This document shows positions 1 to 4,117 of a stretch of 5,880 bases of DNA, piece by piece (the first letter of the stretch is position 1; every line of letters starts with the position of its first letter). The notes under the pieces are model-generated. The model was not told the origin of the DNA, did no database searches, and saw only the letters and a list, made by a program, of their open reading frames with translations. The stretch comes from a virus. Lineage: Duplodnaviria > Heunggongvirae > Uroviricota > Caudoviricetes. The position numbers and the translations under genes were made by a program. Location of the stretch: positions 1 to 5,880 of the IMG/VR virus record IMGVR_UViG_2711768167_000003; one strand, 5' to 3'.

Positions 1-600
1 CGACGGATGCCAGCCATCGGCCATCGGAAATTTCCCGATGGGTTCACTCATGCCGTCCAGATATCCGGGCTCCGTTGCCTGCGATGGCGTACCGTTCGAC
101 TCACTGGTCGGAGCACTCTCTCTCGCGCGCGCGTTATGTGTGGGGTTTAATTCTTTATCTGTATCTTTATTAGTTGCCTTTGTGTTTGCGTCATGTTCAA
201 ACACCACACCAATATTTGTTTGAACACCTGTTAAATCTCTCTCTTGTTTTGTTTGAACATCTGCTTCCTTTCTGCTTCTTCTGGCCTGAACAGATGCTTT
301 TCCGGCGGCTGATTTTTTGGTTAATTTTTCCCTGACTGATGCCAGATCTTCCTCAATTCGAAGATGCACCCATTCATCGCCGTTATCGTGAAAAAACTCC
401 CGCAAGGATGGCTCCACATCAGCCCATCGCTCATTAGTCAGACGGGCAATTTTTGCCAGCCTGTTTTTAGGTATTGGCTTTCCTGTTTGCCAGTAATTGA
501 ACATCAGCAACAAATATGCACCGTGCTCCTCTGCTGATAAATGCATGGTGTCAGCCAGGTAATCAGCGATGTACAGTTGCATGTATGGTAATGCGGCCAT
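1..600 (-). CDS. ydaU: DUF1376-family phage protein (YdaU-like), N-terminal 200 codons only; C-terminus lies beyond the left edge of the window
   Basis: Minus-strand ATG at 600..598 with no stop through position 1 (200 codons by manual translation); absent from the ORF track because there is no in-window stop. N-terminus MAALPYMQLYIADYLADTMHLSAEEHGAYLLLMFNYWQTGKPIP fits the DUF1376/YdaU signature as I recall it. AGAGG RBS (rc of 606..610) sits 5 nt upstream. Position directly downstream of the ydaT-like gene matches Rac order ydaS-ydaT-ydaU. Confidence 0.6.
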   Translation of the reverse strand, partial: MAALPYMQLYIADYLADTMHLSAEEHGAYLLLMFNYWQTGKPIPKNRLAKIARLTNERWADVEPSLREFFHDNGDEWVHLRIEEDLASVREKLTKKSAAGKASVQARRSRKEADVQTKQERDLTGVQTNIGVVFEHDANTKATNKDTDKELNPTHNARARESAPTSESNGTPSQATEPGYLDGMSEPIGKFPMADGWHPS

Positions 601-670
601 AATTGCCTCTTCTGATACCGAATTCCTTAATCACGTACTACCGAAAGCGATCCGGTATAACTATTGCCAG

Positions 671-1096
671 TCAGTGCATCACCACAGCATTACCCGCCGG
701 GCCACCACGATTCATCTGATTGAAACCGGCGATTGCCACTGCGATAAAATCATCAGCGTCTCTCACCAGCCGTTCTCGTGTCTCCAGCAGCTCCCTGAAA
801 TAGGCTGAGCTGTGGCTACGCATTCTGGCCACCAGCAAAGGCGGCATTGCCTTTTCGATCGCTGGTAGTAACGCCTGAATTTTTTCAACCGCATCAGGGG
901 TGTCTTTCTCCACCCAGCGGAAAATTTTCTGGGTATTACGGGCCAGGGCTTCCGGATGGCTGTCGTCATACAGTTCCGGAAACGTCATACCCAGCTCAAA
1001 ATAAGCCCGGGTTATTTCAGCTGCCGGAACTTTTTCACCATCCGGACGCGACCAGGCATTCATCGCCATGCGGATATGCTCATGCTTGATTTTCAT
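671..1096 (-). CDS. ydaT: YdaT-like protein (Rac prophage YdaT family, proposed CII-like regulator, toxic on overexpression), 141 aa
   Basis: ORF in track; N-terminus MKIKHEHI matches the start of E. coli YdaT as recalled, and length is about the same. GGGAGGG RBS (rc of 1102..1108) upstream. Start codon overlaps the stop of the upstream ydaS-like gene (ATGA on the minus strand at 1096..1093), implying translational coupling. Confidence 0.72.
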   Translation of the reverse strand: MKIKHEHIRMAMNAWSRPDGEKVPAAEITRAYFELGMTFPELYDDSHPEALARNTQKIFRWVEKDTPDAVEKIQALLPAIEKAMPPLLVARMRSHSSAYFRELLETRERLVRDADDFIAVAIAGFNQMNRGGPAGNAVVMH

Positions 1097-1353
1097 GAAT
1101 CACCCTCCCGAGCATATGCAGTGTTAGCCTTATATCCAGCAGGCAAGCCATCGGTGGGATTAGGGTATTTATCAGGGCGCAATTCATGCGGAGTCACTCC
1201 CCACTCAAGCGCCGCACATGCTGGAATAACCTCCTCCGCCGGAACTCGTTTTTTAAACCACACACTTATAGTTTGTGGCGTTTTACCAAGACGACGCCCT
1301 AATTCTGACTGACTCATTATCGACAGGATTTTTACTTGAGTACTTTTTTGCAT
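1093..1353 (-). CDS. ydaS: Cro-like HTH protein of the YdaS/DicC family, 86 aa
   Basis: ORF in track; HTH segment SQSELGRRLGKTPQTISVWFKK followed by VTPHELRPDKYP, resembling the YdaS-type Cro-like family. Strong GGAGGG RBS (rc of 1358..1363) 4 nt upstream of the ATG. Transcribed divergently from the repressor gene. Confidence 0.7.
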   Translation of the reverse strand: MQKSTQVKILSIMSQSELGRRLGKTPQTISVWFKKRVPAEEVIPACAALEWGVTPHELRPDKYPNPTDGLPAGYKANTAYAREGDS

Positions 1354-1473
1354 GCTTCCCTCCAGATTTTACGATGGCACCGATAATTACAAATTTAAAC
1401 TTAAATTTCAACTTCTATTTGTAATGTCACTTATCATTTTTTTCTGTAGGATTGCGGGACTAGTTTACGAGGT
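1354..1473. promoter_or_regulatory. Divergent promoter/operator region between the Cro-like (ydaS-like) and repressor (dicA-like) genes
   Basis: 120-bp AT-rich intergenic region between divergent genes. Perfect palindrome AAATTTAA-ac-TTAAATTT at 1391..1408, and a 9-bp inverted repeat ATTACAAAT (1386..1394) / ATTTGTAAT (1417..1425). Exact -35/-10 elements could not be assigned confidently by eye. Confidence 0.55.
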
Positions 1474-1872
1474 GTGGTGATGATCTTTGTAAAACGCCTT
1501 CAGCAGGTGTTGCAGGAATTGAATATAAACCAGTCAGAGCTGGGAAGACGTCTTGGTGTAAAACCCCAATCCGTGCAAGGTTGGTTGAAAGGCGTGATGC
1601 CAAGAATGGATAAACTGGAAAAATTAGCAGAGCTCTCACAACATCCCGTCCATTGGTTCTTTATGGAAGAAGAAACTCTCGGCGATAGGATGGCTGTATC
1701 CAGCAATGACAACCAACCACAACTTACAGAACAACAAAAAAAAATCATATCGCTTTTAGATGAGTTACCTCAAAGCGACGCAGAGCAGATCATTCGAGAA
1801 ATGGAGCAAAAACGCGATTTCTATAAACGAAAACTTGAAGAGTTACTGCGGCAGAAAAACAAAACTGCCTGA
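1474..1872 (+). CDS. dicA: DicA-like XRE-family HTH repressor (phage immunity repressor analogue), 132 aa if GTG 1474 is used, 130 aa from ATG 1480
   Basis: ORF in track; N-terminal HTH NINQSELGRRLGVKPQSVQGWLKG; C-terminal helical region (KKIISLLDELPQSDAEQIIREMEQKRDFYKRKLEELLRQ) resembles the DicA C-terminus as recalled. No LexA-like peptidase domain. GAGGTG (1468..1473) is better placed as an RBS for ATG 1480 than for GTG 1474, so the true start is probably 1480. Confidence 0.7.
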   Translation: MVMIFVKRLQQVLQELNINQSELGRRLGVKPQSVQGWLKGVMPRMDKLEKLAELSQHPVHWFFMEEETLGDRMAVSSNDNQPQLTEQQKKIISLLDELPQSDAEQIIREMEQKRDFYKRKLEELLRQKNKTA

Positions 1873-1903
1873 TGCGTTTCTTTTCTGGAACGAGCATCAG
1901 GCA
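1866..1903. terminator. Candidate bidirectional hairpin terminator between the convergent dicA-like and higA genes
   Basis: 10-bp perfect inverted repeat TGCCTGATGC (1866..1875) / GCATCAGGCA (1894..1903) with an 18-nt loop. On the minus strand the stem is followed by GTTTTGTTTTT (rc of 1853..1865), fitting a Rho-independent terminator for higBA. No T-run follows on the plus strand. The left arm overlaps the last codons and stop of the dicA-like gene. Confidence 0.4.
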
Positions 1904-1918
1904 AATGACTAGCGGATG

Positions 1919-2278
1919 TTATAATCCCACCAAGCTTTCCAGGGGGATTCCAAATTGATTATGAAGACGTCGAATCATTGGTAACGTAAGGCTTCTGGTG
2001 CCATTCAACACCTCGTAAACCCGATTTTTTTTCCCAATTGCGGGCTCCAAATCTTTCACAGTCAGACCCTGCTGTTCCATACGAAATCTTATAGCTTCAA
2101 TTGGGGATGGTGGTTCAATGGGATAATGTTTTTTTTCATATTCCTCTATTAGCAAACACATCACCTCAAAGAAATCCCCCTCAGGCGTGTTAATTTCCGG
2201 TTCATTGTCGAACATGGGCTCAACAGCACGCAACGCTGCTTCATAATCTTGCTCTGTACGAATAGGTTTGATGTTCAT
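1919..2278 (-). CDS. higA: HigA-family antitoxin (type II TA antitoxin with C-terminal XRE HTH), 119 aa
   Basis: ORF in track; C-terminal HTH LTVKDLEPAIGKKNRVYEVLNGTRSLTLPMIRRLHNQFGIPLESL resembles the C-terminal HTH of E. coli HigA as recalled. Lies immediately downstream of the higB-like gene with a 2-nt gap, the toxin-first order typical of higBA. Confidence 0.8.
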   Translation of the reverse strand: MNIKPIRTEQDYEAALRAVEPMFDNEPEINTPEGDFFEVMCLLIEEYEKKHYPIEPPSPIEAIRFRMEQQGLTVKDLEPAIGKKNRVYEVLNGTRSLTLPMIRRLHNQFGIPLESLVGL

Positions 2279-2280
2279 GC

Positions 2281-2583
2281 TTACTCCAGTTCGATGGTAT
2301 CAGCATCAATGGCATCGTATTCCTTGTGGTTTCCAATGAATTTAACAAACACCCATCCTCGCTGATACGCAATTGAAACAATTAAACGGTAATGATTACC
2401 TTTTATGTTGAATACCACGCGCCGGTTTTTCAATATACTGGCCGTTCGGTATTGAGCCTTAATGTCTGCCGGGCTTTTCCAGTCAGCTTTTGCTGTCTCA
2501 TCCACCCATGCCCTTAGCGGTTGTTCTGCATCGGGATTCTTCGCCCAAAAATCCCTGAGTGTTTTAACTGAGATAATCTTCAT
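2281..2583 (-). CDS. higB: HigB-family toxin (RelE/ParE superfamily ribosome-dependent mRNA interferase), 100 aa
   Basis: ORF in track; segment RRVVFNIKGNHYRLIVSIAYQRGWVFVKFIGNHKEYD aligns by eye with the HigB segment HYVFNVGGNELRVVAMVFFESQKCYIREVMTHKEYD, including the HKEYD motif. Toxin-upstream, antitoxin-downstream arrangement. Confidence 0.8.
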   Translation of the reverse strand: MKIISVKTLRDFWAKNPDAEQPLRAWVDETAKADWKSPADIKAQYRTASILKNRRVVFNIKGNHYRLIVSIAYQRGWVFVKFIGNHKEYDAIDADTIELE

Positions 2584-2700
2584 AGCTGCATATTAGTCCC
2601 GTTTTGGGACCAATGCAACTACCAGAAATTACAATTTTAATGATAAATATATTGACCAATTAAATTTTAATTTGTAGATTGTATTCACCAACCCTCCCCG
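2584..2700. promoter_or_regulatory. AT-rich regulatory region upstream of higB (minus strand) containing a candidate plus-strand promoter for the dicB operon and operator-like repeats
   Basis: Candidate sigma70 promoter on the plus strand: -35 TTGACC (2652..2657), 17-nt spacer, -10 TAGATT (2675..2680). AT-rich repeats AATTACAATTTTAA (2627..2640) and ATTAAATTTTAATTTGTA (2659..2676) resemble the motifs in the 1354..1473 operator region. Small hairpin GTCCC-gtttt-GGGAC at 2596..2610 lies in the probable higB 5' UTR. The higB promoter itself was not resolved. Confidence 0.45.
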
Positions 2701-2866
2701 CCCCACAGAACGCAGGGCAATACTTCGAGTTACCAGGCAGTGGTCAGGGGTTAAGTAGCCAGCCCGAGGCGTATGAACATGACGGCAGGGTTTAACCTTA
2801 ACTATGCAGCAGGTTTTTGTTCCGCTACTCCGGCGTTAAGGGGAAACAGCACTGGGAGAAATCAGT

Positions 2867-3085
2867 ATGCAGAAGCGAGAACCCGTCATCATCGCGCCAG
2901 ACTATACCGATGATGAACTTTATGAGTGGATGCGCCAGAAAATTAAGGCAGCGCAGGACCTGAAATGGGCCAATGAAGCCAGGGCTAAGCAGGCTGAAAA
3001 TCTGTCCGCTCTGGAGCAGGATATCACCAATCTGGAAAAAGCAGCGGCATTAAGCATTGCCAGAATGATTACATACCCGCGTTAA
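2867..3085 (+). CDS. ydfC: YdfC-like small protein, first gene of the dicB-type operon, 72 aa, function unknown
   Basis: ORF in track; GGAG about 10 nt upstream of the ATG. Length and position (upstream of dicF and dicB, same strand) match Qin ydfC. The protein has a predicted helical, coiled-coil-like C-terminal half. The homology call rests on synteny and recalled similarity, not a search. Confidence 0.55.
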   Translation: MQKREPVIIAPDYTDDELYEWMRQKIKAAQDLKWANEARAKQAENLSALEQDITNLEKAAALSIARMITYPR

Positions 3086-3421
3086 TAGCTAACCAACGAA
3101 GCTAAGGTTGGTAATTAAGGAGTTCTCCACGGGTAAGGTGGAGTACGTGCGCCGGACACGGGTGAGCATCCGGCACTGACAGTTTACTGAAAGGATATTT
3201 CCCTGAAAAGTCAGACCATAACGCGAAAGCGCACGGCGAGGTAGCTGGTTCATAGATAGTCTGTCGTTAAATTTTCGTCGACCGTGCGCTTCCGGTTGTG
3301 GCACTCCGCGAAATGGCGCGGCGTAATCATGGCGGGGTACCCTTCCCCTTGAGGACACCGGGTTGTCAGGCTGACCATGCGCCTGAGTGACAACCCCGCT
3401 GCAACGCCCTCTGTTATCAAT

Positions 3422-3474
3422 TTTCTGGTGACGTTTGGCGGTATCAGTTTTACTCCGTGACTGCTCTGCCGCCC
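3422..3474 (+). ncRNA. dicF: DicF small regulatory RNA (Hfq-dependent sRNA that represses ftsZ translation)
   Basis: Sequence TTTCTGGTGACGTTTGGCGGTATCAGTTTTACTCCGTGACTGCTCTGCCGCCC followed by TTTTT matches the DicF sRNA as I recall it (about 53 nt). Sits between ydfC-like and dicB on the same strand, as in Qin. No protein-coding potential in this stretch. Confidence 0.85.
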
Positions 3475-3480
3475 TTTTTA
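3437..3480 (+). terminator. Rho-independent terminator forming the DicF 3' end
   Basis: GC-rich stem GGCGGTA (3437..3443) / TGCCGCC (3467..3473) with an internal CAGT/ACTG sub-stem, followed by T-run TTTTT (3475..3479). Confidence 0.6.
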
Positions 3481-3483
3481 AAG

Positions 3484-3631
3484 TGAATTTTGTGATGTGG
3501 TGAATGCGGCTGAGCGCACGTGGAACAGTTAAAACCAAAAACAGTGTTATGGGTGGATTCTCTGTATCCGGCGTTAATTGTTAACTGGTTAACGTCACCT
3601 GGAGGCACCAGGCACCGCATCACAAAATTCA
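3484..3631. repeat. 14-bp perfect inverted repeat bracketing the dicF-dicB spacer; tandem GTTAAC palindromes inside
   Basis: TGAATTTTGTGATG at 3484..3497 and its exact reverse complement CATCACAAAATTCA at 3618..3631; partial extension GGTG/CACC inward. Internal GTTAAC-tg-GTTAAC at 3580..3593. The right arm ends 5 nt before the dicB RBS (AGGA 3638..3641). Confidence 0.8.
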
Positions 3632-3648
3632 TTGTTTAGGACGCGATA

Positions 3649-3831
3649 ATGGAAACGTTATTACCAAACGTCAATACGTCTGAAGGTTGTTTTGAAATTG
3701 GTGTCAGAATCAGTAACCCTGTATTTACTGAAGATGCCATTAATAAGAGAAAACACGAACGGGAGCTATTAAATCAAATATGCATTGTTTCAATGCTGGC
3801 CCGTTTACGCCTGATGCAAAAAGGACGCTGA
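3649..3831 (+). CDS. dicB: DicB cell-division inhibitor (acts with MinC to block FtsZ ring formation), 60 aa
   Basis: ORF in track; METLLPNVNTSEGCFEIGVRISNPVFTEDAINKRKHERELLNQICIVSMLARLRLMQKGR closely matches E. coli DicB as recalled. AGGA RBS (3638..3641) 7 nt upstream. Immediately downstream of dicF. Confidence 0.88.
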   Translation: METLLPNVNTSEGCFEIGVRISNPVFTEDAINKRKHERELLNQICIVSMLARLRLMQKGR

Positions 3832-3833
3832 CA

Positions 3834-4025
3834 ATGAATACAGCATTTGCACTCGTTCTGACAGTTTTTCTTAATACAGGCGAACCAGTCGATCTTGTTA
3901 TTGGTATACATGACTCAATGAAAGAATGCATGGCTGCCGCAGCGGAACAGAAAATTCCCGGCAACTGTTATCCGGTTGATAAAGTTATTCGCATGGACAA
4001 TAACGAAATCCCGGCTGGTCTTTAA
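3834..4025 (+). CDS. ydfD: YdfD-like DUF1482 small protein (Qin YdfD causes lysis when overexpressed), 63 aa
   Basis: Internal ATG 3834 of track ORF 3780..4025, chosen because AAGGA (3821..3825) lies 8 nt upstream and it starts 2 nt after the dicB stop. MNTAFALVLTVFLNTGEPVDLVIGIHDSMKECMAAAAEQKIPGNCYPVDKVI fits the DUF1482 pattern (hydrophobic FALVL N-terminus, two conserved Cys, GxCYP). Confidence 0.72.
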   Translation: MNTAFALVLTVFLNTGEPVDLVIGIHDSMKECMAAAAEQKIPGNCYPVDKVIRMDNNEIPAGL

Positions 4026-4117
4026 AACAGTTCCGTAATAAACATCCGATTTCATTCTTATATGCCAGCAATGGCAGGGATTTGTTCACCCTTAAATCTG
4101 TAATGAGGTAAAACAAA

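Noticed and set aside
38-1312. Plus-strand ORFs 38..223, 569..808, 847..1089, 956..1312 and minus-strand ORF 763..969
   Set aside because: They overlap the well-supported minus-strand ydaU-like, ydaT-like and ydaS-like genes and lack RBSs or recognisable motifs.
1500-1748. 82-aa minus-strand ORF inside the dicA-like gene
   Set aside because: Antisense shadow of the HTH repressor gene with a Cys/Ser-rich translation and no start context.
2584-2612. Minus-strand TTGCAT-17nt-TAATAT promoter-like match immediately upstream of higB
   Set aside because: The -10 element would place the transcription start on or next to the higB ATG and leave no room for an RBS, so it is unlikely to be the real higB promoter.
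2773-2913. 46-codon plus-strand ORF overlapping the ydfC-like start in another frame (possible ydfB-like small gene)
   Set aside because: No convincing RBS, an Arg-rich C-terminus, and the overlap with ydfC make it unreliable. It could correspond to an annotated small Qin gene but I cannot verify that from memory.
3089-3538. 149-aa minus-strand ORF in the ydfC-dicF interval
   Set aside because: Arg/Ser-rich low-complexity translation, no RBS noted, and it overlaps the DicF sRNA and its terminator on the opposite strand. Most likely a chance ORF in GC-rich non-coding sequence.
3484-3631. Inverted repeat considered as retron a1/a2 repeats or as MITE/IS terminal inverted repeats
   Set aside because: No reverse transcriptase gene follows and there is no transposase or flanking direct duplication. 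The repeat lies inside a known operon spacer, so an RNA-structure role is more parsimonious.
3649-3831. Initial thought that the 60-aa protein was a lambda Kil/KilR homologue and that 3834..4025 was Rac ydaE
   Set aside because: The sequence matches DicB much better, and the adjacent dicF sequence fixes the locus as a Qin-type dicB operon. The functional analogy to kil remains but the homology call is DicB and YdfD.
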